A stretch of 64,000 bases of DNA from Octopus vulgaris (lineage: Eukaryota), in the NCBI GenBank assembly GCA_951406725.2, contig OX597814.1:123814001-123878000 (forward strand). The letters are read 5' to 3'. The position numbers were made by a program, and so were the translations under genes. This document shows, piece after piece, positions 41,340 to 54,929 of this stretch. The notes below the pieces were generated by a model. The model did no database searches. It worked only from the letters and a program-made list of their open reading frames with translations, and had not been told where the DNA came from. Positions within the stretch are counted from its first letter, which is position 1. The number at the start of each line of letters is the position of its first letter.

Positions 41340-43210
41340 GAATCATGAAGCTTTAACGAAGGCAGGATATAAGGATGGGATTAGATTCTACAGTAACAAT
41401 ATAAATAGTAACAATTATATAAAAGATAATAACGTTAAAGACCCTGATAATACTTATATAGATAAAAATAGAAATGAAAATGAAATTAAAATAAAAATAA
41501 AAACAAAATTAATAATAATTATAATAACTCTAATAGAGAAAAATATCGGGATTTTATCAAATACAGGGAGTATACAAAAAAAACACAAAAATATAAATGA
41601 TATAAAGAATAAAAACAAAAATAGAAATATAAAGAAATATATAAGACTAAATGGTAGGTATAACTCAGATCCACTTATAAATAATAATGATAATAAATAT
41701 ATGAGAACTAGTAACATAAACATAAATAAAAATAATAAAAAATCTGGTTGATCATTCCTTATGGCATCCAGGTTAAAAGTAATATTATAAAAGAAATCAC
41801 TAAAATAATAGAATTATTTATTATCGAAAATAAAAAATACAGTAATATTTTTTCTAAAAATAATATAGGAGTAGGTTATTCGACTACTAGTAATGTAGGT
41901 GATATTATCTCATTATTAAATGAATATAAGCTGAATAAATTTTATCTCAATAAACTAAATAATATCCCAATAATAATGGTAATAACTCAGCAAATTAGTA
42001 ATTGTAGGGATAAAAATGATTTTAAACTTAATAATAAATGTAACTTAAATGAGGTAGTATATAAATGTGTGGTGTCTTTAAAGGAAGATAAGAATGGTCA
42101 AAGGGAAAGTAATAATAATAATAATGGCAAAAATTCATATATGACGTACATTGGATCTACATTGAATAAAATTAAACAAAGGATAGTGCAGCATTTGTAC
42201 TCTTTTAAAAATAAAAAAAATTGATGAACTCGACAGGCTTAAGTAAATATATTTGGGGTCTAAAATCTAAAGAAATTAAATATAAACTAAAGTGTGAGAT
42301 GTGTAAAACTAAATCATATAGAATAGGGAATAAATTCTGTTTGTTGTGTACTCACGAATTTATGGAAATCTTAAAGGCCAAAACAGCATTACTCAATGTC
42401 TAGGATGAAAGAAAAATTAAATGCAAACATAAGCTGAATTGTTTAATTAATAAGATAAGATTTGATTCTTTAGTAAATAAACAAAACCTAATTTTAAAGG
42501 ATTAAAATTCAGTCATATTTTTAAGATAAAAGTTATAAGTATATACCATTATTTAATATAATTAAAATGTAGTAGTCATACAAAAATATAAGATATTATT
42601 TGGTTAATTTCAGATATTTTAGATATTTTATGAAATTTTTAGTCGTACGTTACACTATTTTGGTTGAAATTTTTAAACTTAAATTTAGAAACTTAATCTA
42701 AATGTAATGTCTAATTTTTAAGAATGATAGTATAAGTAATAGATATTAGATAATATAGAATTTATATAAACATATAAAAAAAGTAAATTTTTATGTATCT
42801 CAAAATATTTGAATTGGGGGTATAAAGAAGGAACTTACTGTTTGAGTGTTGGGAGGCATGGTTGATTGTTGATGGTAGCAGGTGGGTCAAGTGGAATAGC
42901 TAATGAGGGGATTGGCCTGTTCCCATGATACATTTGTTTCCGGTTCCCCTGACTGTATTATGTTAATTATGGGGTGGATTATCTTGTAACATTCATACAT
43001 GGTAAATGTATAAAGTAATAAATACATTCTAAGAACTCTCTAATATTAATTAGAATTACCTCTCTTACATTGGAATTATAAAGAGTGGATTGTACATTAT
43101 TTGCAAGATGTAGCCATGTTTTAATTTTCGCAGGGAGAGAACCACAAATAGATAAGTTAACATTCGTTTTGTTCATTATTTTAATTTTTATTTCGTATTT
43201 TTTTTCATAT
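41340..43210 (+). mobile_element. 5'-truncated, very AT-rich Naiad-like Penelope element (GIY-YIG half plus 3' UTR)
   Basis: ALTKAGY, IFSKNNIGVGYS, NCRDKN, VVYKC, YIGST, STGLSKYIW, FCLLCTHE, KCKH; frameshifts and an Asn/Lys-rich linker. Confidence 0.82.
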
Positions 43211-43264
43211 TTTGTGAGTGGATTTGGTAGACAGAAACTGAAAGAAGCCTGTCGTATATATATA

Positions 43265-43298
<34 letters not shown>

Positions 43299-43852
43299 AA
43301 GTTTCGTAAGTCTTTTAACAATTTCCAACATAAATTGAAAAAAGATATTCATCATCATCATCATCATCATCATCGTTTAACGTCCGTTTTCCGCGCTAGC
43401 ACGGGTTGGACGGTTTCGACCGGGGTCTGGGGAGCTAGGGACTGCCCCAGGCTCCAGTCTAGTCTGGCAGTGTTTCTACAGCTGGATGCCCTTCCTAACG
43501 CCAACCACTCCGCGAGTGTAGTGGGTGTTTTTTACGTGCCACCTGCACGGGTGCCAGAGGGGTCTGGCATCGGCCATGTTCGGATGGTGCTTTTTTATTA
43601 TGTGGGGGGGGGGGCAGAAATATAGGGGAGCACCAGTGGGGAGGGGTGGTTCAGAGGAATGATGACAGGTTCTTAGGCAAGTAGAACGTAGGATAGAGGG
43701 TAATGCATGGTGAAAATAGCGTATTGAGGAGGGGGCATTCGAAGAGTAGACACCTATAATGGTGGTGGGAGAAACAACATCCGGTATAGATGGAGCAAAA
43801 ATATAGAGATATCCGGTATTGGTGGTGGGGGTGGGCAGGGTGGGTGCACCGC

Positions 43853-44334
43853 GAATACGCGCGAAGGTTGAAAAAGGATGATAGAGCGAGACTTGGTCGG
43901 GCAGAGTTAATAGAGGAGAAATTAGATACAATAGTTAGATAGATAAATAACAACAGATAGGAAAACATGTATGATTGGTCGAGAAGTGAAGTGAAGTGAA
44001 AATAAATAAAAATAAAATAAAATAAGCATTCAAACTTAGCTGTGCTCGAGATTATAGCCGCTAGGTGAATGAATGAGAGAGCAGATGTTGTTGCCTTAAG
44101 TAAAGAAATTGACCGGAAAGGAATTTTTGGACAAGGCGGAAGTGTATTAAGGGAACAGGCTTTAAAGATGGCGGAGATCGATAGACAAATACGCGCGAAG
44201 GTTGAAAAAGGATGATAGAGTGAGACTTGGTCGGGCAGAGTTAATAGAGGAGAAATTAGATACAATAGTTAGATAGATAAATAACAACAGATAGGAAAAC
44301 ATGTATGATTGGTCGAGAAGTGAAGTGAAGTGAA

Positions 44335-44365
<31 letters not shown>

Positions 44366-45681
44366 GCATTCAAACTTAGCTGTGCTCGAGATTATAGCCG
44401 CTAGGTGAATGAATGAGAGAGCAGATGTTGTTGCCTTAAGTAAAGAAATTGACCGGAAAGGAATTTTTGGACAAGGCGGAAGTGTATTAAGGGAACAGGC
44501 TTTAAAGATGGCGGAGATCGATAGACAAATACGCGCGAAGGTTGAAAAAGGATGATAGAGCGAGACTTGGTCGGGCAGAGTTAATAGAGGAGAAATTAGA
44601 TACAGTAGTTAGATAGATAAATAACAACAGATAGGAAAACATGTATGATTGGTCGAGAAGTGAAGTGAAGTGAAAATAAATAAAAATAAAATAAAATAAG
44701 CATTCAAACTTAGCTGTGCTCGAGATTATAGCCGCTAGGTGAATGAATGAGAGAGCAGATGTTGTTGCCTTAAGTAAAGAAATTGACCGGAAAGGAATTT
44801 TTGGACAAGGCGGAAGTGTATTAAGGGAACAGGCTTTAAAGATGGCGGAGATCGATAGACAAATACGCGCGAAGGTTGAAAAAGGATGATAGAGCGAGAC
44901 TTGGTCGGGCAGAGTTAATAGAGGAGAAATTAGATACAATAGTTAGATAGATAAATAACAACAGATAGGAAAACATGTATGATTGGTCGAGAAGTGAAGT
45001 GAAGTGAAAATAAATAAAAAATAAAATAAAATAAGCATTCAAACTTAGCTGTGCTCGAGATTATAGCCGCTAGGTGAATGAATGAGAGAGCAGATGTTGT
45101 TGCCTTAAGTAAAGAAATTGACCGGAAAGGAATTTTTGGACAAGGCGGAAGTGTATTAAGGGAACAGGCTTTAAAGATGGCGGAGATCGATAGACAAATA
45201 CGCGCGAAGGTTGAAAAAGGATGATAGAGCGAGACTTGGTCGGGCAGAGTTAATAGAGGAGAAATTAGATACAATAGTTAGATAGATAAATAACAACAGA
45301 TAGGAAAACATGTATGATTGGTCGAGAAGTGAAGTGAAGTGAAAATAAATAAAAAATAAAATAAAATAAGCATTCAAACTTAGCTGTGCTCGAGATTATA
45401 GCCGCTAGGTGAATGAATGAGAGAGCAGATGTTGTTGCCTTAAGTAAAGAAATTGACCGGAAAGGAATTTTTGGACAAGGCGGAAGTGTATTAAGGGAAC
45501 AGGCTTTAAAGATGGCGGAGATCGATAGACAAATACGCGCGAAGGTTGAAAAAGGATGATAGAGCGAGACTTGGTCGGGCAGAGTTAATAGAGGAGAAAT
45601 TAGATACAATAGTTAGATAGATAAATAACAACAGATAGGAAAACATGTATGATTGGTCGAAGTGAAGTGAAGTGAAAATAA

Positions 45682-45685
<4 letters not shown>
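43853..45685. repeat. Tandem array of about 5.5 near-identical 334-340 bp units
   Basis: ACGCGCGAAG recurs at 43857, 44191, 44531, 44865, 45200 and 45535. Confidence 0.95.
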
Positions 45686-45715
<30 letters not shown>

Positions 45716-45718
<3 letters not shown>

Positions 45719-47528
45719 CCAAGAAAAAAGCACTTTTTTCGGATAAAACCAAGAACTTATACCTGGTAGATAACAGCAAATACACACAACTCTTACACAA
45801 CAGCATCATTAATAATTATACTAAGGCTAGGGCACAGACATATAACGAAATTAATAAAGAAGCTAGCGTCATCGCCGCTAAACTTAAATTAGATAAAAAA
45901 ATAGAAACCCTCCCCCAAAAAGAGGCCTTTATTACTATTAAAGACCACAAAGAAAACTTCCTTTCCAATCCTAAATGTAGGCTTATCAACCCAGCCAAGT
46001 CAGAACTAGGGATTATTAGCAAAGAAATTTTAGATAAAATAAATACGAAAATTAAGACCGATACTAGGCTAGTGCAATGGTCCAATAGTATAGAAGTCGT
46101 AGACTGGTTTAAAGCTATTAAGAATAAGAAAAAAGCGAGGTTTACACAATTCGATATTGTTGATTTTTATGCCTCTATCTCTAAAGAACTGCTAGATAAA
46201 GCCCTAATCTTCGCTAGTGACTTCATAGAAATTAGTACCAATGATAAGGATATAATCTTCCATGCTAGAAAGACATTACTTTTCAGTGAGAATGCAAAGT
46301 GGGTAAAAAACACCGACACGGAGGGCGCTTTCGATGTGAGCATGGGTTCATATGATGGGGCAGGCATCTGTGATCTAATTGGACTCTTTCTCCTAGATAC
46401 CTTCAGTAAGACATTCCCTAACGTACATTTCGCCATCTACAAAGATGATGCCCTCGCCTTAACAGCTAATACAAATGGACCAGCACAAGATCGTTTTAGG
46501 AAGGATATTATCCAGTTAATGAAACACTTCGGACTTAGTATAACTATAGACACTAACCTGACGGTTGTCAATTTCTTAGACGTTTCCTTAGATCTTAATA
46601 ATAATATTTATAAGCCTTATAGGAAGCCCAATGATAGACTAAGTTATATTAATGTAGGTTCATGCCATCCCCCTATAGTATTCAAAAATTTAGTTAAAAA
46701 TATTAGTAAGAGGATTTCTAGCCTCTCATCTAATGAGGACATCTTCAATAGCGTTGCCCCAGTTTATAATAAAGCTTTAAAAGATAGTGGTTTTAGCGAA
46801 AAATAAAATATACACCTATCACCAGCCCAACAATAAGGAAAAGGAATAATAGAAATAGGAAGGTCATCTGGTTTACGCCCCCTTACTCACCCGAGGTGGC
46901 CTTCAATATAGGTAAATATTTCCTAGCACTGATAGATAGACATTTTCCAGTTAACCATGCTTATAGGAAACTCTTCAATAGACACAATTTAAAAATTAGT
47001 TTTAGTTCAACTACCAATTTTAAAAACATAATCAATCATAACATACAAAAAACACAAGAAGAAAACAGCTGTTCATGCAGGAATAAAGAATTGTGCCCGC
47101 TAAATGGAGCTTGCATGTCCAAGACCATCATATATGAAGCTACCGTAAACTCTATAACCACTAAAGACACCGTTTTGATGAAGAAATACGTGGGCCTGAC
47201 AGAGGGTAATTTCAAGGCCAGGTTCAATAACCACACTTTGAGCTTTAGGCACTGGAACAAAAGAAAAGCGACACAATTATCCAATCATATTTGGTCTTTA
47301 AGAGATAAAGGTGTCGATTATAACATACAATGGAAGATTTTGGCCAGATGTAAGCCCTATACTAACGGCAGCGGAAGGTGCGGTTTATGCGACATGGAGA
47401 GATGGCTTATCTGGAAAAGCAGCTTAGACCCTACCACATGTCTAAATACAAGGACAGAACTTTTCGGATCATGCCCACATGTGACTAAATTTCTGTTACG
47501 TTTTTGGTCCCCTAAAGAAAACGGATAG
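45716..47528 (+). pseudogene. Penelope RT-endonuclease ORF with a frameshift near 46803
   Basis: Track ORFs 46072-46806 and 46896-47528 join across the frameshift; the frame is also open upstream to about 45716. Confidence 0.88.
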
Positions 47529-47722
47529 AACATGCTTTCTGTGTTATGTCCCAAGAAGATTTTATATATTTTTATATATTTTTATATATTTTTATGTATT
47601 TTTATATAATTTTTATGACGAAAAATGCGAGCGATGTATAAGTACGCAGGCAAAGCAGAGTTATAACAGAGTAATTTCCCTTCATTTTTAACGGTATTTT
47701 TTCATAACGTTTTCAAATAGCC

Positions 47723-47785
47723 AGATAACCGAAGAGATGGTGTTGTGGATTTCCACTTCGGCATCTGAAACTCAGAGTTTTATCT
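47723..47785 (+). ncRNA. Hammerhead-like motif (U4C) in the Penelope 3' pLTR
   Basis: AGATAA-CCGAAGA-GATG..GTGGA-TT-TCCAC..CATC-T-GAA-ACT-CAG-AGT-T-TTATCT. Confidence 0.65.
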
Positions 47786-47814
47786 TGACTACCGAGTAAT
47801 GTAACATATTGTAT

Positions 47815-47867
<53 letters not shown>

Positions 47868-48112
47868 CCTGTATGTGTTTGTGTGTCTGTGTTTGTCCCC
47901 CAACATTGCTTGACAACTGATGTGGGTGTGTTTACGTCCCTGTAACTTAGCGGTTCGTCAAAAGAGATGGATAGAATAAGTACTAGGCTTACAAAGAATA
48001 AGTCCTGGGGTTGATATGCTCGACTAAAGGCTGTGCTCCAGCATGGCCGCAGTCAAATGACTGAAACAAGTAAAAGAGTAAAGAGTAAAAGAGTATATAT
48101 ATATATATATAT

Positions 48113-48334
48113 ATAATTATGATTTAGAATATCTAAGAGATACCACCAGGCTGGAAATAGTTGCCAAAACTTGACTCTAAAATCATGCCTTTATGCTCTC
48201 AGAGTGGTTGGTGTTAGGAAGGGCATCCAGCCATCGAAAACCTTGCCAAATCAGACTGGAGTCTCATGCAGTCTTCCAAGTTTTGGCTGCTATTTCCAGC
48301 GTGGTGGTATCTCTTAGATACCCTAAATTATAAT
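48113..48334. repeat. Inverted repeat with about 55-bp arms enclosing an RTE-UTR fragment
   Basis: TATCTAAGAGATACCACCAGGCTGGAAATAG..CCAAAACTTG / CAAGTTTTGG..CTATTTCCAGCGTGGTGGTATCTCTTAGATA. Confidence 0.85.
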
Positions 48335-49244
48335 TTTAATAATAATTATTACCTTTGAAGATTTTTATTCTCAAGCTGGTCACCTGATAAGATCGGTATT
48401 TAAATAACCATCTTATCCTTATTTATATTTATTTATATATATATGCACACACACACATATACATGCACACACACACACACACACACACACATACATCTCT
48501 GTATATACTTATATTTATATACTTATATATACATATGTATACCTTAAAGGGATTGCTCAGTACTTTGAAATACTCTGTTACTTCTGCTAAATATTAATAA
48601 AAATATATGTATGTATACTTCAGTTTTGCCATAGAGGACAAATAACTCCCTCCCTAACTCACAGATTAAACTCTATTCTGAAATAAATCCAAAGAGCTGT
48701 CATTTTGCGTGTAAAACTAACGGAAACTAACAAGAGACATTGGATAGTCATAAAAGGCTGTTATGTTTATGCAATTTCACTGAAAAAGAAGGACCTGATT
48801 GAAAGGTTCTGATTGGCCACTCACTCTACTGCTAACTAATCACCATGAAATTTCATTTAAAGCCTCTATTAGATGCCTTATTAAACCAGGCATGTCGATT
48901 TAAATGTTTAATGCCAGTTTTGACAGTTGGTTCAATTAAATAAATTATTGATGTGTTGGTGGATTTTGTTTTTCATATCAAGGTTTACTCTGAGGGTTAA
49001 ATTCATAGATTTTTAACTGTTGCTGTATGTGTGAACTAATTAAAATTAATTACATAGATTTGGACAGCCATAAACAGTTGGTGTGTTGATACAATTTCAT
49101 CATGGTCAGTAGTTTACATACACACAGCGACCAAAATCTGTGGATTTATGCCATAGCAAAATTTAGTATGGAAATATAACTTGCTAACAACTCAGTAATA
49201 TAATGTATTATGCAAGAAATTACACACACACACACACATACACA

Positions 49245-49282
<38 letters not shown>

Positions 49283-49363
49283 CACACACACACACACACA
49301 CATGCACACACATACACACACACATACACGCACACATACACACATACATGCACACATACACGT

Positions 49364-49405
<42 letters not shown>

Positions 49406-50361
49406 CGCTATTCAGTTTCATAAGTTACGTTACATTCCATAACAAATGCCCGGAAAGAAAATTCATGTTATTACGCTGATAACCCAATATTACTGGTGTG
49501 TAGACTATAACAGTCTTAGTCTCTGGATAAATAACATATGATAAGTGACTAAAATGTGAAATGATTTACTTTTTGAGTATCTTTACCATGAAGGCGCATG
49601 GCTCAGTGGTTAGAGTGTCAGGCTCACAACTATGAGGTAGTGAGTTCAATTCCCAGACTGGGCTGTGTGTTGTGCTCTTGAACAAGACACTTCATTTCAC
49701 GCTATTTCAGTTCATTCAGTTGCAGGAATGAGTTGCGAGGTCACTGGTGCCAAGCTGTAGCAACCTTTATCTTTCCCTTGGATAACATCGGTGGTATAGA
49801 GAAGGGTGGCTGGTATGCACGGGCAACTTCTGGTCTTCCATAAACAACCTTACCTGGACTTCTACCTGAGGGGAGAACTTTCTAGGTGCAATCCCATGGT
49901 CAGTTATGACCAAAGGGGCTCTTAACCCTTTATATTTACACGTGTGTCAGTGATGTCTACATAATGGTTACATTAAATAAATTTCATGCAATTTTTTGTG
50001 TAAAAATGTAATTAGTAAATAAATCATTCTACACTTTATTCTCCTGTTTTGTATATATGTGTGTTTTTGCATATGTATCATGCATATATGTATTATGTAT
50101 GTGTGTATTGTGTATGTGTATGTGTGTGTGTATATATATCTCTTTTACTTGTTTCAGTCATTTGACTGTGGCCATGGTGGAGCACCACCTTTAGTCGAGC
50201 AAATCGACCCCAGGACTTATTCTTTGGAAGCCTAGTACTTATTCTATCTATCTCTTTTGCCGAACCGATAAGTTACAGGGACATAAACACACCAGCATCA
50301 GTTGTCAAGCGATGTTGGGGGGACAAACACAGACACACAAACATATGCACATACATACATA

Positions 50362-50446
<85 letters not shown>

Positions 50447-50629
50447 TATATACGATGGGCTTCTTTCAGTTTCCGTCAACCAAATCCACTCACAAGGCTT
50501 TGGTCAACCTGAGGATATAGTATAAGACACTTGCCCAAGGTCCCACGCAGTGGGACTGAGCCTGGAACAATGTGGTTGGTAAGCCACCTACTTACCACAA
50601 AGCCACTCTTGCGCCTATATATATATATA

Positions 50630-50960
50630 TATCATCATCATCATCATCATCATTTAACATCCGTTGACCATGCTGGCATGGTTTGGATGGTTTGACCCAG
50701 GCTGGTAAGCTGGAAGGCTGCACCAGACTCCAGTCTGATTAGGCATGGTTTTCTATAGCTGGATGTCCTTCCTAATGCCAACCACTCAGAGTGTAATGGG
50801 TGCTTTTACATGCAACTGGTACAGGTGCCATTTGTGTGACACCAGTATCTGCCATGACTGTGATTTTGCTTGGCTTGATGAGTCATCTTCCTTCTCAAGC
50901 ACAACATAATGCCAAAGGTCTTGGTCATTGCCTCTGTGCAGCCCAACACTCGAAAGGAAC
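50630..50960 (-). mobile_element. RTE 3' end: ORF C-terminus joined to the abundant UTR repeat
   Basis: FRVLGCTEAMT..DLWHYVVLEK, then GAGTGGTTGGCATTAGGAAGG...(GAT)n. Confidence 0.65.
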
Positions 50961-50965
50961 TCAGT

Positions 50966-51056
<91 letters not shown>

Positions 51057-51256
51057 GGTGATATCAAAAGGCTCCTAGACTAGTTATGTTTAATAAATGA
51101 TAACTTATTTACCTAAGTTTCAAATTGATCTAATGTTTTCATTGCTTGATTAAATGGAGCTGCTCGAAACAGCTGTAATGCACTGGTACCTGGACATCTT
51201 TGTTGCTTATTTGCTTTTCCTCTGTCTTCCCTTCTCTGGATCTTTCCTTCTCTTAT

Positions 51257-51291
51257 GTTTCTGACGAAGAGCTCCGCTCGAAACGTTAAAC
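51257..51291 (+). ncRNA. Minimal type I hammerhead ribozyme with intact core, in a solo pLTR (about 51200-51380)
   Basis: GTTT-CTGACGA-A-GAGC-TCC-GCTC-GAA-ACGT-T-AAAC; palindromic stem III. Confidence 0.8.
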
Positions 51292-51562
51292 CCTCCCCCT
51301 TTCCTGAGCGTCTAATAATACTATATTTGTTCCACATCCTCGCGTTGTGTTTTTTGTGCTTTCATGTTTGGATTAACTTTATATATATACATACATATAT
51401 ATGATGGGCTTCCTTCAGTTTCCATCTACCAAATCCACTCACAAGGATTTGGTCGGCCCGAGACTATAGTAAAAGACACTTGCCCAAGGTGCCATGCAGT
51501 GGCACTGAATCCAGAACCACGAGGTTAGTAATCAAGCTACTTGCTACACAACCATTCCTGCA

Positions 51563-51612
<50 letters not shown>

Positions 51613-52077
51613 TATATGTGTGTGTGCATGCATCGTATATAAGTATACTCTCTACCTATACATATTTCATCTCAATGATTTTTGAATTTATGCTTTGTAT
51701 ACATGTTGTGTTATTAACATTATATCTTTAAAACTTTCAACTCATATACTACATAATGCTTTACAAGCAGACCTGGTTGGTAGTTGCCTTACAAGCTTAC
51801 AGGTGTTGATGCTGTGTAAAAAGTACCCGTGCAGGTGCCACATAAAACCACCCATGCCTGTGCCATGTACAAAGGACTTGTACCAATGCCACGTAAAAAG
51901 CACCCTGTATACTCAGTAAAGTGTTCGACATTAGAAAGGGCATATAGCCCAAGAAGTTACGTGAAAACAGACAATTGGAGCCTGGTACAGCTCTCTGGTT
52001 GGCCAGCTCCTGTTAATCCGTCCAACATGGAAAATGCCAGCATGGAAAATGGCTGTTAAGTGATGATGATGATGATA

Positions 52078-52116
<39 letters not shown>

Positions 52117-52255
52117 GTGATGGTGGTGGCAGTGGTGGTGGTGGTGGTGGTGGTGGTGGTGGTGGTGGTGGTGGTGGTGGTAGTGGTGGTGGTGGTGGTG
52201 GTGGTGGCGGCGGCGGCGGCGGCGACGACGTCGACGGTTGTTGTTGTTGTTGTTG

Positions 52256-52335
<80 letters not shown>

Positions 52336-52414
52336 GCACCAATTGGATTAAAATCTTGGATTTAAACACTAGGATTTCATGTAATTTTTGTTTTATTTTG
52401 TGCTGATTAAAAAA

Positions 52415-52468
<54 letters not shown>

Positions 52469-53582
52469 ATATCCATCTGTCTATCAATATAATATATGTA
52501 TATTATGCGCGTGTGTATATATATATGTGTGTGTGTGTCTGTGCATGTGTGTGGGTGTAGAGATATGTTTATATAAAGATATATATTTAAAAAGCTCACT
52601 TTATATAGTAGCATGGAAAAAACATAAAATAGAGATTTTTAGTTTAGCATCTTACAGCAGTCGTTGGTTAAGGCATTATTTTGAGTGGCTGTTCCAAATT
52701 CATGATTTTTAAAGAATTTGAATAGCGACTAAGTGTATTATAGTTATGGTGAATGTGAAATGCTGAATGGCTGTTTTGTTTTAGTCACATGAGGCTTTAA
52801 AATTTGTCTTTAGTCATAGGTGGATGTATAATTATGAATAGTTGTTTAAGGCATTTGAATAATGATTAAATGCCTGAAATCATTGGGGAATGTACTTTTT
52901 TTTTAATATGGTATCATAGTTTGTTATACTTTGTTGCATTTTTAAATAAATCGTCATCGTTTAATGTCTGCTTTCCATGCTAGCAGAAAATCTTGTACCT
53001 GTGTTCTTTGCTTGTGAGGAACCTAGCAGAATTTCCTCCCTTCTTGGATGCAGCACATATCGACATATCTCTGTTCAAGCATCTCAACAATCTCACCAGA
53101 CCTACCTTTCAGTGTGCCAACGTTGAGAGTGCCAACCCTGAGGGTGTGGGAGGTATGGGGACCTGATACCCTGGGACGAGGGGACAGTAGCATCATCTAC
53201 CTGAAAGGAGAGCTTGCATTTGGCAGAATTCCTAAACAAACAATAGCCATTACTTCAACCTGCGTACACTACACTATCATATTTTTGCACTATCTGATCA
53301 CTACCTTATATAGTAGGGTGGGGATGGCGTAAGCCTTTACGAGTGTTCATGGGAGACAACCAAAGGTTGGCAAAACATATAGGGACTTCCGGTACAGGTG
53401 GAGGGGGTGGAAGTCGGGTGTACCGCCAACTAGCAATTTTGATGAGAATGAAAGCATCTCCTGGACACGTATTCTTTTGGCGGAGGTGTTAAGAATCGAG
53501 TAAGGGAGTCAGCATGTGTGCACTAGTTTATATAGGGTGGTGGTGGTGCAAGTAGGAAGTCTTGGTGAGGCGACTGATCATC

Positions 53583-53632
<50 letters not shown>

Positions 53633-54929
53633 GCAGGACATGATGGATAAAAGATATTCTTTCGGGATTTGTGTGGCATAGTTAATTTAACGAGACGGCA
53701 AATGTTGATAATAGTAAATAAAATTGAAGAATCTGTGAGCTAGTCTAAGACAAAGTTAGAGGAGAATGTCTGTGTAATAAACTTTAATAGATGAATGAAT
53801 GAATATGTTTCGGTTAAGGAAATGCGTGAACTAATGTTATCTTAGGCAACAACAAGGAAGACGAAACTATAGAACTATATTTACATGATGACATGGTGCT
53901 GAAATAGACAGAATAATGAAAAGGAGCTAATAAGGGGTTTATAATCTGCACAAAAATAGAAGAGTAGACGACGGGGTTGAAAAAAGCAGACTTATCTGGG
54001 CATTTTCTGGGATTCGTATTTTCAGCTGAGATATTGAAATCGAGCGAGTCACCATGAGGGTGGTGGTGGTGGAAGCATTTTTAAATAAATAGATCTTCTT
54101 TAACTAGGTTTGGTTGGTAGTTTTGTCAGAACACAGGTATAATAGGAAGAATTGGTATTTTGGGAATTTATTGCACATTAGCCCAAATGCTCATGTACAA
54201 GTATTTGTCTGCTCATGAGATCCTGTATTTGTTGATGATGAACTGTGAATATATTTCTCATAAGGGAAATGACTTTTTATGATAAAATTTTTTCCTAATT
54301 TTTCCTAAATTAAACTCCTATTATATACCTTAAGGTTAATGCAGACTCTGCATTTGGGATGACCGTTCTTTTTTGTGGTTAGGATTGCATGTTTAATGAG
54401 TGTGGTAAATAACTGTTTTCAAGAATTTTCGTTGACTTTTGCTTTTGATTGACTAGCATCAAACTCTTTCCATTTTGAGTTCAAACCCTGCTGAGGCCAA
54501 GAGTGATAAAATAAACGACCAGTCAAAAATTGGGGTTGATGTGATTGATTAACTCTTCTTCTAAATATTGCTCATCCTTGTGCCCAAATCAGAAACCATT
54601 ATTTTGTGTGTTTGAGTTCTGTTTTGATTTTTGGATTCTAACTTAATGACAGAATATCCTGGAGGATGATGTTGCATGTTTCTGTATTTCATGGCTTGTA
54701 TGTTTATATATCATCATCATTTAACGTTCGATTTCCATGCTAGCATGGGTTGGACGATTTGACTGAGAATTGGCAAACCAGATGGCTGCACCAGGCTCCA
54801 ATCTGATCTGACAGAGTTTCTACTGCTGGATGCCCTTCCTAACGCCAACCACTCCAAGAGTGTAGTGGATGCTTTTACATGCCACCGGCACAAGGGCCAG
54901 TCTGGCGGTACTGGCAACGGCCAACTAAA

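Larger units (their letters stand above)
45716..47815 (+). mobile_element. Naiad-like Penelope retroelement, 5'-truncated, near-intact RT + GIY-YIG
   Basis: SDKTKNLY, FITIKDHKENF, CRLINPAKSELG, FDIVDFYASI, MGSYDGA, YKDDAL, WFTPPYS, CSCRNKELCPLNGAC, YVGLTE, CGLCDME, LNTRTELFGSCPH; pLTR with HHR downstream. Confidence 0.93.

Noticed and set aside
43853-45685. Possible retrozyme array or CRISPR-like array
   Set aside because: No hammerhead core found on either strand and no unique spacers.
43476-45809. Repeated 68-204 aa minus-strand ORFs
   Set aside because: Produced by the tandem array; the frame shifts with (AAAAT)n length and no domain is recognisable.
52060-52335. Stepwise trinucleotide series (ATG-GTG-GCG-GTT-ATT)
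   Set aside because: Slippage-mutated retroelement tail; similar runs occur at 18226-18420 and 31435-31720.
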